A DNA stretch of 64,000 bases from the human T2T-CHM13v2.0 reference genome, Homo sapiens (GCF_009914755.1 NC_060927.1), one strand, 5' to 3'. Shown: positions 14,905 to 30,699, counted from the stretch's first letter. The notes: generated by a model not told the origin, from the letters alone. Made by a program: numbers and translations.

Positions 14905-15016
14905 ATTTCACAATATTGCCCAGGCTTGTCTCTAACTCCTGGGCTCAAGCAATCCTCCCACCTTAGCCTCCCAAAGTGCTGAAATTACAGGCATGAGCCA
15001 CCACCGTGCCCAGCCC
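14905..15016 (-). mobile_element. FLAM/AluJ-like left-arm fragment
   Basis: CTCCTGGGCTCAAGCAATCCTCCCACCTTAGCCTCCCAAAGTGCTG…GAGCCACC. Confidence 0.8.
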
Positions 15017-15369
15017 AATGATAAAGTTTTAAGCTGACATTCTTGGGCTTTTCCCCTCAGATAAAAAAAAGGACATGAACTTCCCCTTTGTTCCATCTAT
15101 TTTCTACTTAAATCAATTAGGGAAGACAAACTTCATGTGGGTGAAACCTCTTCTGGCTAGAAGAGGACTGAAGTGGGACCCTCTAGGATGTAGAGTATAA
15201 GTCAGAGAACTGGGCTTGAATTCTGGCTCCACTGTGTGATTTTGGACAAGTTGCTCAACCTAAGCTTCAGTCTCTTTATCTGTAAAGATATTACCACCCC
15301 TACCCCATAATGCTGTGCAGCATAATAGAGACAGGGTACATGAGGGCCTAAGCACAGGCTGTGCTAAGT

Positions 15370-16722
15370 GTATCAGTCAGCTGTACTGCGTAACAATCTC
15401 GAAATCTCAGTGGCAAATAACAATGAGCATTTATCTCTCATTCCTGTGATTGTAGGTTGGCTGAGGCAGCTCTACTTCAGGCTATGGATCTGAAGTTTTG
15501 GCTAAGTCATCTCTGCTCCATTATCTCCTTTTGGGGCCCAGTCTGGAGAGGCAGCAGCTAAGTGAAGAGTGTTCTTCCCACAGTAATGTAGGCAGATAAG
15601 GGGGCAAGCCCAACTATGCAAGCACATTTCAAACCTCTGCTTGGCCAAAGTGAGTCATATGGCTGAGCCCAAAGTCAAGGTCTGGAGAAGCAAAGTCTGT
15701 CGACCATGGGCCACAGCAGGAGTGAGGATGTAGAATATGATTATGAGGGAGTGAGAAGTTGGGAACAATAATTCGCTACTACAAATAGAAATAGTATACA
15801 AATAGAATTATCACCTGTTCATGTTCACTCATCCAAATATTTCAGTGGAACAAAATGGGCAGTTCTTATAGTATTTTATTCTTTCAAAGAAATGTCTTAG
15901 GCATTGTGGCAGAAGATGAGTATATGGTGTAAAAATTTAGGAGATTGCCAATGGGTAAAGGAAAGGACATGTTACCAGGAGAGGTCGCCCCATCCTTCCA
16001 TCTTGATTCTGGCCCTAACAGTAAAAAGATCATGTCCCGAATCAGCACTGAGGGCATCAAAGGAAGAAATGTTTCTACAGTTACCTGGCCAGGGTAGCTC
16101 CTAAATCTGGGTATGTAAAGGTTGCAAAATGATGCTTCATCTTGGGCATTACTGTCATCAAGGAGCCCTGAGAGTTGAGAGGGTAGAGAAATCATTTTAG
16201 AATTCATCCAGAAGGTAAGCATTAACCCGGGCTTAAGAGGATGGGTTATATCTGATAAGCAGAGAGGAGCTTTCAGAAAGGGGAAGGGCATGAGCAGAAG
16301 CCAATACTTGGTGGCTCAAAGCAGCAGACATTTATTATTGTAGCTTGTAAGTCATGAGGCTGGAGGTTGGCTGATGTGGGTTGGGTTTGCTCATACGTCT
16401 TTGAGTCTGGTGAGGCCTCTGCATTAGTCTGGGATTTCCTGGGGGCATCTCAGCTGGGGCCATTCTACTCTGTGTGTATCTAGTTTTCCTCTTGGACCCG
16501 CAGACTGACCTGGGGACATCCTTCTGTGGTCATGGCAGAAGTCGAAGAACACAAGGCTTGGGATTGACACATATCAGTGTATCAATTCTGCCTCATTCTA
16601 CTGGCCAAAGCAAGTCATATGGCTGAACTTGTGTATTGCCGGGGGCGCTGCAAAGTTACATGGCAGATGGCATGCATATAGGGAAGGGTGAAGAATTGGG
16701 ATCATACGTGCAAACCTACTAG
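15370..16722. mobile_element. Two MLT1-type MaLR LTR remnants (~15370-15785 and ~16300-16722)
   Basis: Both share the MLT1 motif TGGCCAAAG(T/C)(G/A)AGTCATATGGCTGA followed by …GAAG(A/T)…TGGG. Confidence 0.6.
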
Positions 16723-17719
16723 AAAAAGTCTGGTGGTAGTAACAAGATAAGGGTTTTACAGAACATTACAATTGCAGACTCTCATGATTCAGAAATCCCA
16801 TATCAGACTCTAGTGACTGGGAAGTCCCCTCATGGTATCCCTGCCTTAGGCTATGACAGCCCAGCTTCTAAGTCTACCTCTCCCGTGTGGCTCACCATGC
16901 CTGGGGCAGATTATTCTGTCACTGAATGACTTGTAGGAAGTTCTTCCTGGCATCTAACTCCTTCCTGCTTCCTCTCCAATTCTGGTTCGCCATGTAGGCT
17001 TTTGGTTTAGCAGCCATCTACACATCTGAAGACAGTCCACTGACCCAGTGGTTCTGGTTTATCACACCCTAAGTGAGACAACTGTGGGTGCATTGGCACA
17101 AAGTGGAGGGAGACTTTTACCCTCTCGATGGGCTGCTGTAGCTCTACTAACCCAGGAGATGTTCTTGACATCTTCCCTCCCCTCACCCTCATATCCAGAC
17201 CTAGTCAAGTCCTGTGAGTTTAGCCTTCAGTATCACTCTCCTTTCTCCAGTCTAAGCTGCCATCACCTCTTGCTTGGACCAGTGCGGTAGCTCCTTCACC
17301 GCCCCCCGACCACCACCCCACCCTATAATCTACTTTTCACACTGCGGCAGAAGTCACCTTTCTACAATGTGAATGTGCTCTCATGGCACCCACTGCTAAA
17401 AATGCTTCACCTTCAAGCGCATCTTGTTCCACACCATGCTCTCCAGCCTTCACACTGGCGAGCATCCTCCAGAACCCCAGACCCTCCTTGTCCAGTTCAC
17501 TGTTCTTCTCCCTTCAGGCTCCTGCTCATCTGTCACTTGCTCAGGGACCTCTCCTTTTTCTCCTTGCCAAGGCCAGATTGCTGGGTTACAAGCTCTATAG
17601 CAATGCAGCCCTTTCCCTTGTACGTCGCCCAGCACCTCTAACTTTCATTTCTGTGATGGCTTGGTTAACTTCTACCTCTGCCGCCATCCTGCAATGGGGC
17701 TTGCACACTGGCTGGGGTG

Positions 17720-17873
17720 CATAGGGCTGATCTGTGGCACTTGCAAATTCCCACAGTGTAAATACAACCACCGTGGAAGATTTCAAGACACCAACAATGG
17801 CGCCATGCAAAATCCCTGAAAACGCAATAATCAGCTGTCATGAGCTAGTCTGAGCCAGCTCTAGCATACCATT
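17720..17873 (-). mobile_element. MER63-like hAT DNA transposon
   Basis: GTGTAAATAC…GATTTCAAG and the terminal GAGCCAGCTCTAGCATACCATTG match the recalled MER63 in reverse. Confidence 0.6.
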
Positions 17874-17949
17874 GAGGTGGGCCTTATACTTGGTATTGCT
17901 CCCTAGTGACTGATATTGCATCTGGAAAATAATTAAAGAGCCAAAGCAA

Positions 17950-18076
17950 GGCCGGGCATGGTAGATCACGCCTGTAATTCCAGCACTTTGGGAGGCCAAG
18001 GCAGGCAGATCACTTGAGGTCAGGAGTTTGAGACCAGCCTGGCCAACATGGTAAAACCCCATCTCTACTGAAAATA

Positions 18077-18126
<50 letters not shown>
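17950..18126 (+). mobile_element. AluS left monomer only, ending in an A49 tract, with TSD
   Basis: Left arm up to TACAAA, then uninterrupted A at 18078-18126. TSD AAAGA(G/A)CCAAAGCA at 17935-17948 and 18124-18137. Confidence 0.9.
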
Positions 18127-18130
<4 letters not shown>

Positions 18131-19198
18131 CAAAGCATTTGGTGAATGAATGAATGAATGAGCAATGCTGAAGTTTAAATGAGCCTCAGGACAGCAGCTG
18201 CTGTTTCCAGAAGATGGAAGACATTGAGTGCTTGCCCCAAGAAAGGAATAAGGGAGTTATGACATTTCTGTCCCCTGAAGACTGCTTATAACAAACATGT
18301 CTATATCAGGCACAAATCCAAGTGCTTTACAAATACTAACCCACTTAATCCTCATGACAACTAAAAGGTAGATACTACTACTACCCTGATTTTACAGATA
18401 AGGAAATGAAAACTCAGAGACATGAAGTCATTTTCCAAGGTCATTTGGAGTTGGCTTTGAAACCAGGCAGTGTGACTGCAGAACCAACATTCTTACCCAC
18501 TGTGCTCTGTTGCATCAGGGCCAGCCCTGGGGATAAGATGTGTGTCCCATTTGTGTCCCAATCCCTGTATATCGACCCCACAGACAGTGTGTGCTCTTCA
18601 GCCCACTGTCCCTCAACAAAGAAATGATGAAGTGGCAAAGGTCTAGAGATGAGGTCCTGCAATGATGAAGTGGATGTGGGCTCTTCTGGATAAGGACAGA
18701 GTAAAAAGATCAAGGCTTTTTAAGGGCCATAAAATAACCAAGGAGATGGACTTTAAATATTTACTTACTAAATTCAAATAGGAAATTGACCTGGCTAACT
18801 TTTACAAAGGGAACCATTCAAACCTGAGAGGTGAGTTTGCAACATCAGTATTTGTACAACGTTCTTCCCTGAGTGTGATCTCATTTTGCCTTGATGACCA
18901 CCCTGGAACATGGGAATAATTGTGCTCATTTGAGTGAAACGAGGACACCAGAGCTTAGAGATTGGGCGATGTATCCAACACCACAGAACCATCCATCAGC
19001 AGAACTGGGCCTGGGTCCCAGACCAGATGATGGCCAGCTTCAGCCCTCTCATGCTGGTTCAGTGTTACTTCCCAAGCAGGTCTGGTAGAATCACAGCTGC
19101 TCAGAGGAAGTCAATTCCTGGAGCTAATTATGCTGAGCACCAGCACAAAGCGAAAATGTAATTAGTTTCAAAGGAGCTTTGCACAGATTCTGGAGTGA

Positions 19199-19536
<338 letters not shown>

Positions 19537-19839
19537 AGGAATATGTCTAACTTTTGATGTACTTGTTCGTTTAACAAATAGACTCCTAGCTACTTATGTG
19601 CCTACTCTGTGTAAGATCATTGAGGTCAAAGAAAAATTCCTTCCTTTATTGCCCATTCTATACACAGCATTGAGGATCATCAAAAAGAAAATAAAAATAA
19701 CGAAGTCTTAGTGTGGGAGAAAAATGGCATTCAAAAATGGTAGAAGGAAAGGCTGGGACAATTTGATTGAGGGGGAATTTTGAATATTAGGGCCAGGAAT
19801 TTGGTTTTATCCTGTAGGAAAAGGAAGTCCAATGAAGGT

Positions 19840-20055
19840 TTTTTTGTTTGTTTTTGCAGTCAAGGTCTTGTGCCATAGTCCAGATTGGAATGCAGTGACA
19901 TGATCATGGCTCACTGCAGCTTAGAACTCCTGGGGGAGTTCAAGCTTATACCATCCTCCTGCCTCAGCCTCCTGAGTAGTTGGGACTGTAGGTGTGCACT
20001 ACCACGTCTGGCTAAGTATTTTTTTTTTTTTAATTTTAAAGATAGGGTCTTGCTA

Positions 20056-20063
<8 letters not shown>
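19840..20063 (-). mobile_element. AluJ fragment
   Basis: Diverged right arm (GATCATGGCTCACTGCAGC…) and start of the left arm, cut at TGCTATGTTGGCC. Confidence 0.8.
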
Positions 20064-20593
<530 letters not shown>

Positions 20594-21964
20594 TCAGAAC
20601 TCATGTGAAGCCCACTTAACAGGTGAGAAGCATGAGGCAAAGAGGTAACAGAGCACCTAAGGGGCAGAGCTTGAATGCAAAGCCACATCCATCTGAATTC
20701 AGTATAGTCTCACCCTGAACACCGCAGGATCTTTGCTTTTAAACATAACCTAGGCAGCACATGGGGACAGAGGTTTGGGAGGCACCCACATTTAGTTCAG
20801 TGGTTCAAGATATGAGAAAGGCTGAATTTAAGGAGAGAGAAAGGAGAACCAGAGAAGCAGGGAGAGAAATGGTAGCTGCGCCAGGCAATGCCAAGAAAAC
20901 CACACCAGTGGGAATTTTAAGAAGCAAAGGAGGGAGCAATGGTGCAGAAAGTTACCTAGAGGCCAGGCAGGATAGGGATGGAAAAGGAACCGTAGAATTT
21001 GCCAAATTGAGAGGGCGTCCGGGACTTCACAGCATTTTCAGAGGAGTGGTGGGGGTGGGTGCCAGATTGCTGTGGGCCAAGGAACGTGTGGGAGGTAAAG
21101 ACAGGGCTGGCAGCCTGTCAACTTACTCTTTCAAGAAATATGATAGTGGGGGGAGGGGAAACGGGAAGATGGTGGAAGGAAGGGCTTTCTGGGGAGATGG
21201 AGGTTGGGAGCGACTTGAGCAGTTGTGAGCCAGAATGAAAGGAGAAGCGGAAGGCAGGAGTTTGAAGGCTTCAAAGCAAGGAGCCTGTCCCTAAGAGAGC
21301 TCCAGAGGGAGCTCCGAGGGACAGATGGAGAGTAGGGTTGGTGGGGGCTCAATGTGGCTGGACTTTTCCAGGCCTGTGCAATGGAAGAGGTGGAAGTGTT
21401 CATCTCTGTGGCCCCCAGCAGCTTAATAGTCTTTCCTTCTTCCCCTTTTCCTCTTCCTACCTTCCTCCCTTCCTCTCTAGCCACAAACATTTATTGAGCA
21501 CATACTATGCACCAAGTCTTGTGCTAGGTTATGTTGCTATTATAATGAACAGGACAGTGTATATCATCCTTACAACTAAGTGAGGAGACAAATATTATAC
21601 AAGAAGATGGACAAATGTGTGTAGGTCTACATATTGTATAATACTAACAATGGGTAATGTTCATTGGGCACTTTCAAGGTATCAAGACCTTTATAAGCAT
21701 TTCTTAATAACCTTTTACCTAAAAATCCATCCCCTACATTAAAACTTACAAGATACTACTGATATTACCTTTTGCAGATCAGGAAACTGAGGCACAGAGG
21801 GATCAGATGACTGGCCAAAATCACACAACTTAGATTCACCTGTTTCCAGACGCAAGCACTTAACTGCCACACGGTCCTGACTATGTTGAGAGCTGCGGAC
21901 ACCAGTATGAACAAGACCTGCAGAGTGTCTAGGGCTGGGAAGAAGCCACGAATTCATTTACTGC

Positions 21965-22132
21965 CTTTTCCTCAAGGTGTGGTCCCTGGACCAGACATAT
22001 CAGCGTCCCTGGGGAGGTAGTCAGACACGCAGGCTCTTCAGCCTACTGCGACCTACTAGACCGTGATGTGTAGTTTAAACAAGACCCGCAGGTGTCTGGT
22101 GTGTAGTTCAAGTTGGAGAAGTCTGGTCTAGA
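21965..22132. mobile_element. MER5-like MITE bordering the promoter CpG island
   Basis: CTCAAGGTGTGGTCCCTGGACCAG…TTTAAACAAGACCCGCAGGTG…AAGTTGGAGAAG…GGTCTAGA. Confidence 0.65.
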
Positions 22133-22354
22133 GCCCATTCCTCTTATTAGAAACAGGAAACCGAGGCCCAAGCATTTGAAGGTTATGGACGGTGGTAGAA
22201 CTTTGGGGTTTGGTGAGTGGAGCCGGCCTAGGCCGGAATGGGCGCTTCCACTCTTGGCCCAGCAGGCCAGTGGGCAGGGCCGCGGGAAGGACGGGCGCTG
22301 CAGGGGCTCCGCGCGCTCAAGGTGCTCGCGGGCTCCCGGGCCCAGCCGGGCTGA

Positions 22355-23092
<738 letters not shown>

Positions 23093-25687
23093 TAGGCGCC
23101 CTGGTGTTTCGGGCACTTGGCCCCTTGGAGCCTCAGCTTTCCTAACTGGGAAAACGGCCTGTGGGGAAGGGACTCCTGATGATCAAAGTGGTCTCAGTTT
23201 TTGCGCGCTTACTGAAGTGCCGAGCACCTTTGACCATATCATCTCATCTCATCCTCTCAGTCACTTTCGTAGGCAGGGGTCTACCCATTTTGCAGGTGAG
23301 GACACTGAGGGTCAGAGAAGTCTCACTCGACCAAAAATAAAGATGAGATTCTGATGTCAAAGGCCCTATTTTAAACTGGGACTGGACTCACAACAGGGAG
23401 AACTTTTAGGCGAGGCATTGCTCTATGGTTTCCTGCCTAGTCTTTCGTCTGCTCTTAAGCCCATTTCTAGGGCCAATATTTGGGGCCCCTCTGGTGGAAG
23501 AATTGACAACGAACAGTTTATTTTACGGGTCTGAGAGTCACCCACGACAAACAGCAATACTGGTTTAATGTTGATGCTCTGCATAGAGATGTAGAAGGGG
23601 AGAGGGAAAGGACAGTGATGAGAGAGTCCTTTCTGGTGACAGCCTCTCAAAGTCAGTTTGGCAAAAGATGCAGCAGCGAATCCGTAACTCTCCCAGCTCA
23701 GGGAAGGGGCTCCAGCCTTCAGGACCCCCTCCTGTCATATCGGCAGGACAGCTGGGCGGGTCCATGGCAAGGGATCTTATAAAACCTCCTTCGGTGGCAC
23801 AATTTCTCGAAGGAAGAGCCTGTATCTGTATATTCTCTCTTCTCTTTGCTGTGCCCCTGCCCCTCCAGCAAATTCCCAAACCCCAGCGAAGGTGGCTCAG
23901 AAGTTGGCTGGCAGGGACCGGGCTATGAGTCTGTGCAGAGCAGGACTTCCTGTGCGAGCAGCTGCCGGGAGAGGGAGAAGGGTACTGCTTGGCCCAGGCC
24001 CTTTCTTTGGGGACATTCATCCTGAAGGCACAGGCTGCTCCAAGCCTGCTCTGCACTGGTAATGAAGTGGCCGCTGGTGTTGGCGGCTTGGCAAGGGAGA
24101 GAGAGGGAGTGGACTTGGAGACCCCCAACGTGCCCTGTGCTCTCGGCTGTGAATCCTGCCTCTCTGCAGATACAGCGTTTGTAAGCTGCGTCCACTTGGA
24201 AACCTGTGCACACCTAGGGTAGTCCCCAGGCACAAATTGTTTTAACATCTTTTTTTTCCATACAGGAAATTGTTGTGCCAAAACAAAAAGCATTCATAAA
24301 AGCAGAAAACACGGTAAATTGGGTTAATTACAAATTCTGTCACAGATTTTTTTTTTTTTTTTTAAAAAAAAAGGTTGTAGTGAGTAAAGTTTTTTAAATG
24401 AGTCATTTTTTTTTTCTGACTAGCCAAGAGTTTTCTTGAGATTCATAGATCTCCTGGTTTGGTAGAGTTTATTGTCCTAAGGGTTAGTAGCTTTGTGAAT
24501 ACACAGGTCAAAAGGCTTTCTGAAAGTGTCATACGTTAGATTCTAGAGGTTTCACAGGTAAATAACAGCATGTTAGGGGACCTGCTGCAGCTGATTTTAA
24601 TCACTTAGATTTCGATTCAGTAAACAGATCCTCTTATCTCCTTTTCCACACTTTTTGCTTTCTAATGTAGTTGGGATATCTGCTTCTCAACTGTTTACCT
24701 TTTTAAAAACATCCTTACTGCCCTCCTTTGAGATCCCAACAATAAAGTATTTCTTTCCCAATATGAAACTTTAAATTAGCTGCTTGCCCAGAAAAGCTAA
24801 GACCCTTTCAAACCCTGATAGATATGATCCTGCTATCAGGATTCATCAAAATTGTTGCTATTAATCCTTACGGTTAAGGAGACTTCATTTGGCAAAAAGC
24901 ACTTTCAGTTAAAGCCGTCATTTGTGAGATCAGATGGTGGCAAATAGCATGTGTTTTCATGCTTCGTTATTAGACAGGAGGGACAGAATGAGGGATTTGG
25001 AAAAATCCCCATTCTGGGTGTAATAGTTCATGCTCACCTCAGTTATTTAATTTTTTTCACAGAAAGGCCCAGGAAATGGGTATTGTGTTTCAAGACAGGA
25101 ACACTAATGCTTAGTGGTGGTCTTTTCCTGGACCAATTCAAAGCCAGCCTTTGCTAGATAGATTCTTGTTGCAAACTCCTTGCAAGTTGACACCACACCT
25201 GGGCCTCATGTGTAGGGGTACTTAATTCTTTGAGGCTTAATATTGTTCATTGTATAATTCCCTGAGAATGCTCTTCTTTATGACAAAGATTGTTTGCAAG
25301 TCACTTCCAAAGTAAAAGGAAGGGGTGCCCCTCACCTGGTCTGTTGAGGTCACTTTAAAATGAAAAAGGGTGCAACATTCAGGGAGGGAATGAATTTGAC
25401 CCACGCTGGAGGATGAAATGTAAAAAATTTTTTTTAAATGAGCCAATGAAACAATTTCTTTTACATTATCATCTTAGCTGCATTACAGTTCTATGAGGGA
25501 AGCAGTGCAGATATTAAAAACTAAAGCTCCATTTTACAGATGGAGAAGTTGAGACTTGGAGATGTGAGGTAGACTTACAGAAACCTAGCGCTGTTTTCTG
25601 ACTCTGGTCTTCATAATGGGAACTTGAACTCAAGTTCAAAGAACATCATGTCTGGCCTGTAGTAGATGTTTATTAAAGAGTTCTTGA

Positions 25688-25885
<198 letters not shown>

Positions 25886-25904
25886 TGAGTTAATGAGAAA
25901 ATAA

Positions 25905-26231
<327 letters not shown>

Positions 26232-26524
26232 TGAGTCCAGTTTTCTAGGGTAGTCTTGCTGAAACTGGGGTCAGCTCTGCACCTGTTCTGGTACGTTCTG
26301 TGAGTTGCAGCCCTAAAGCCTGAGCTGAGCATTGGCCCAGAGACTGGCATGGTTAGGAGAATGGAGATGTTCTGTCCTCTGTTTGTCAAATGCAGAGACT
26401 GAGCCCTTTGGGGGCAGGATGGGGGTGTGAGGAAGAGCACTAGACTTAGACTCAGGGGACTAGAGCTCCAATACTAGTCTTGCTTCTAGTGTCAAGTTTT
26501 CCCCTGTAAAACTGAGGTTAGACC

Positions 26525-26850
26525 AGATCAAGGGCTGCAGACAGAGGACCTACAGGCCAACCAGGCTTTAGATCAGTGAATGGCAGACTTAAAAAATAGA
26601 TTTGGTTGCCAAAATTAAAAAATTGGAAGACTTCACGTGAAAAATTCAGGTTTCCAGCCTATCTTAAAAACTTAAACGATCTGGTGACACCAGACCCACC
26701 TTCCTGCTTGACAGCAGTGGCTGTAGCCAAGAGGTGGCTATTGCCTTCAATGACACATCCGTCCTGGAGTTAGCACAAACCCCACCCAGCTCACTTTCTT
26801 CATTTACTCTATCAATCCAACCCAGCTGACATTTGAATTTAGCCCCCAAC
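26525..26850. mobile_element. MER102-like hAT-Charlie element in intron 3
   Basis: GGTTGCCAAAATTAAAAATTGGAAGACTTCACGTGAAAAATTCAGGTTTCCAGC resembles the recalled MER102 core. Confidence 0.55.
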
Positions 26851-29545
26851 CCCACTCCTGCTGGAATGGATAATCTTTTAGATTATTTTTGATACTGATA
26901 TATTGTTTGTTTTTCCATATATCCTCCTATTAGCATTGAGTTTTATAATCCAAGAAAGGCATATCCCTGCCCAATCCCTGTCTAAGCTGGCCATGCTCAC
27001 AGAAGACATCGCTAATCAATTGTAGCACTCTTTCCTTCTCAGTCTAGTCTTGGCCTTAGAACCCTTCTCCAATAGTGCTCCAGAGAGCTGCTGCCTTTTG
27101 ACTGGAATTGGCGCACACACTTTGACCTATTCACCATCTGTATGATAACCTGTGTTTAGATTGTGTCTGGAAGTGGCCTGCCATCGTGAGGGCTGAGATC
27201 CAGTAAGATCGGGTAGGATGTTGGTGACCAGTAGAAGGAACAGCAGGTGGTAGACCTAGGAGATGCTGCAGTCTGGCTTCTAGCCCTATGTGATGCCTGA
27301 CTCTGCCCTACTCCCCTACTCTGCCAACCCCTGGCTGTTGCATTTTGTGGAGCTTTTGCTGTTTCTCTCTTTAGGGCCCTAGTTTTTAACCTCCCTTTGG
27401 CCAGGGAACTCATAGAAATGTTTATCAAACTAAAATTCAAGGACAATTTCTTGGAGGCCTGTGAGTCCTCTAGGGTAATTTAATTGTGGGTACTTATTTT
27501 GAGGATACTCTAAAAATATGCACATGCTCTGGATGGTCTGAGCAAACACCTTATAACTGAGGATAGTCAGGAGATTCCAGTGGCTGACTTTATGCATGTT
27601 TATAATTTAAGATGCATTCATGGCAAATAGAATGATGATGGCCAAGGGAAAAAGACCAGAAAGGTTTAATTCATAGATAGAGCATTAGTACTAAGTGAAG
27701 TCCAGTTGAGAATGCAACACACCATAGGAATGAAGGTTTTGCAGAAGTGTAACCAGAGGAAAATGGGTAATCAAATCTCAAATAGTCCATGGAGGAATAA
27801 ACCACCTGAACTCAACAGATTCTGCTTCTTACATGTCAGTTTCATTTTTCTGTTGGGAAAGCAATATAATTTTACCAAATAGCATTATCCTATGCATCCA
27901 TTTTCTGTTATCACTTTAAATTGTGCTGGTTCTGTAGTATAGTTGGTATTTAATTTATAAATTTAATTTGACGTTTATAATTGTATGAATACTGTAATCA
28001 CAAAGACTTTATAACTTGTTGTTTATTTGTACATGGTTAAATATTTTAATAAAAATAACTGGTCAACTTGGGTGTCCAGTAATTTTTTTTTTTAACTCTA
28101 GGAAGAAAAAATAATTGAGAAATCCTATTTTAGGGAATTCGATAAAAGTCAAGGTCTCCTCTCTCCAGAAAAAGGCACAGGACACATTCAGAAATCTTGC
28201 TGACAATTTCAGGTTTCCAGGCTCCTCTCAAGCCTGACTGAGGACCCCCAGACCACCTCCTTTCAGAACATAGTTAGCACTTGCCAAGAGGAGCAAGAAG
28301 CAGGCAGACAATCTGGATTTTCCCCAGTGGACTGCAAACCTCTTTCTTCAACTGGTTTGCAATCCCCTTTCTCTAAAGGTGTGTGAACACTTGCAATGTG
28401 TGAAACATCACACATAGGAGGTGATTCCTGCCTGCAGAGATTACAGATGTGGTTTGGAGCATTCATACATATGTGAGATGGAAGACATGCAAGAGTGAAG
28501 CCAGCCGGGCTCCTGCTCCGTGCTGGCCATGGTGCGGGGTGCAGGGGCCTCTGAGGTGAATGGATACAGGAGGCCTTGCCCTTGGGGAGCTCATGGTCTG
28601 GTGCCCCAGGTGTCTCTAAACAGAGGGACATGGGTCCCATGGTAGTGGGCTTTTCTGGGCAATACCCGTGGCAAAGTAGATGGAGCCCTGGCTGGAGTTT
28701 ATTACAGTTCTATCCACGCTGGCCAGTGACTTTATAGAGGAGGAAGAGGGTATAGGTGGGGGTCCCTTGACTGTTTCTGAACCTTAGATTCTTCTTCCTC
28801 AAAATAAAGGGAGTTGGAAAAGTTGGTTGCTTGGAGGGCCTTTGAATTCTTGCTTTCTTAGATTTCAGGGGAGGGAGGTTGGGGAAGGCCTCCTGGAGAT
28901 GGGGTTAAGGCCCAGGGGCACTGGGCCTTGAAGGATGAACACTAGGTTGCTTTTACTTGAGATTAAATCTCCCTGGGACATCAAATTTCGTGAAATGAGA
29001 AGAGGCATTCAGTAAGTCCTTTCTGATTGACTGGATCTAGTGAGGGAATGATGAAGAAACCAGGGATTCTTGGCATATGTTGATTCACACCATTTCCTCC
29101 AATCATCACGTCTTGATGAGACAGCTGTGGCATTAGCCCCTTTACACATAAAGTAAAACTGAGTCTCAGCTGCATTACTGCCCCAAGGTCACCATGGACG
29201 ATCTATTCCTTTAGTCCCCCTATTCCACTACAGCCCTTCAGCCAGACAGATAAATGCTACTGGTGGGACTTAGGCAGGGAAGTGGAAAAAATAAAAGAAG
29301 ATTTGGGAACAAGGGTAGAGGAGACAGTTTGATAGGGAGTGTTGGTTAGGAATGGGAGAGAGAAGGCCCCCTGCCCCATAAACCTTTCCTCCTGTTCTAA
29401 TCAGTCCAAGCCTCTTAACTGTTTGTAAAGTATTGATTTTCCCCACTGCCCTTTGACGCATGTTTACCTGGAGTGGGTAGATGAAAATGCCTAGTTGCGC
29501 ATCAGCTCTGAATGTTTTTCAGGATTCAGCTTTCATGGAGATTAA

Positions 29546-29671
<126 letters not shown>

Positions 29672-29999
29672 TAAGTGGAGAAGAACTTGTCTCCCTTGGC
29701 CTGTGGGGGCTCTGTCCTGGTTCTGCTCAGTTGGTCTTGCCCCTATTCCTGGAAAAAGCCTGATCCTTCTTGCAGCCTGGCACTTCCTGGCTTCTGTGAG
29801 CATTCGACAGCTTCGGAAGCAAGAGTGCAGATCTTCAGAGGTTTCCCAAAGGGGCAGCTGAGAGAAATGTTTTCTTGTTCTTTGATAACATGTCAGCATG
29901 CATAGTGGGTTATTAGGGCAGGAAGTACTTGGTGAAAGGATAGACAGTTTAAAAATTCATTTTGAGCAAAAGAGGAGATGCAGCCTGTTTGCAATAAGC

Positions 30000-30350
30000 T
30001 AAGTCAAGAGTGTATTTAGCCTGGAAAGCATAAGTCTCTAGAGGGGATAGGTTAGCTTTCTTTCAGTAGCTGAAGTGTCATATGGAAAAGAAGGAGATCA
30101 AATTTAATGGATAGAGATTATAAAGAGGCAGGTTTCAAATGTGCGTAGGGAAGAACTTGGTCTCATAGCATAGCATTATCTGGAAGCACTTCAGAAGGTT
30201 GTGAGCACCCATCCCTGGAAGTTGACCAGTATAGGGTTGCCAATCATTGTTGGGGGTGTGTCTGAATCCACTGAAATTATAAGTAGTACTTGTGTGGATG
30301 GGCATTTTCCCAGAAATTGGCATAGTTTTATCAGAGTTCCAAAGGATCTG
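30000..30350 (+). mobile_element. L3/CR1 LINE remnant
   Basis: GAGGCAGGTTTC…AGGGAAGAACTT…GTGAGCACCCATCCCTGGAAGT resembles the CR1 3' end. Confidence 0.5.
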
Positions 30351-30359
30351 TGACCCTTA

Positions 30360-30486
30360 CAGGGCTGCTATGTGTGGTTGTGTACATTGCACACTGAACA
30401 ACCCAAGGGGCCATAATTTACATTATGAAATATACATTCCAGAATTGTGTGGTGCACGACCTGTATAACCATACACAGTGGCCCTG
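30360..30486. mobile_element. MER91-like hAT-Tip100 MITE with terminal inverted repeats
   Basis: Starts CAGGGCTGCTATGTGTGGTTGTG; the reverse complement of the end reads CAGGGCCACTGTGTATGGTTAT. Confidence 0.7.
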
Positions 30487-30699
30487 ACTTGCAAGTTTGT
30501 TTTAAAGGTAGAAGGATCCCTTGCCCCAGGTATTGGAAAGAAGTTTCCTGTATGGGTCAAAGGCTGGACTAAATGCTTTCTGAAGCTTTTCAATCTAAAA
30601 AGTCCTGGCTTCATTGAAGAAGCCTCCCTTACTCTGATGGTGATTAATAGTAGTATATGTGTGTGTGGTGGGGCAGTGGTTTATGAGTGATTTTTATTT

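Noticed and set aside
23565-24293. 242-aa minus-strand ORF in intron 1
   Set aside because: No recognisable domain or exon structure and a generic composition; treated as a chance ORF without conservation or Ribo-seq evidence.
27430-28130. AT-rich intron 3 segment resembling an old DNA transposon or conserved element
   Set aside because: I could not assign a family or find TIRs or motifs by eye; it needs a Dfam search.
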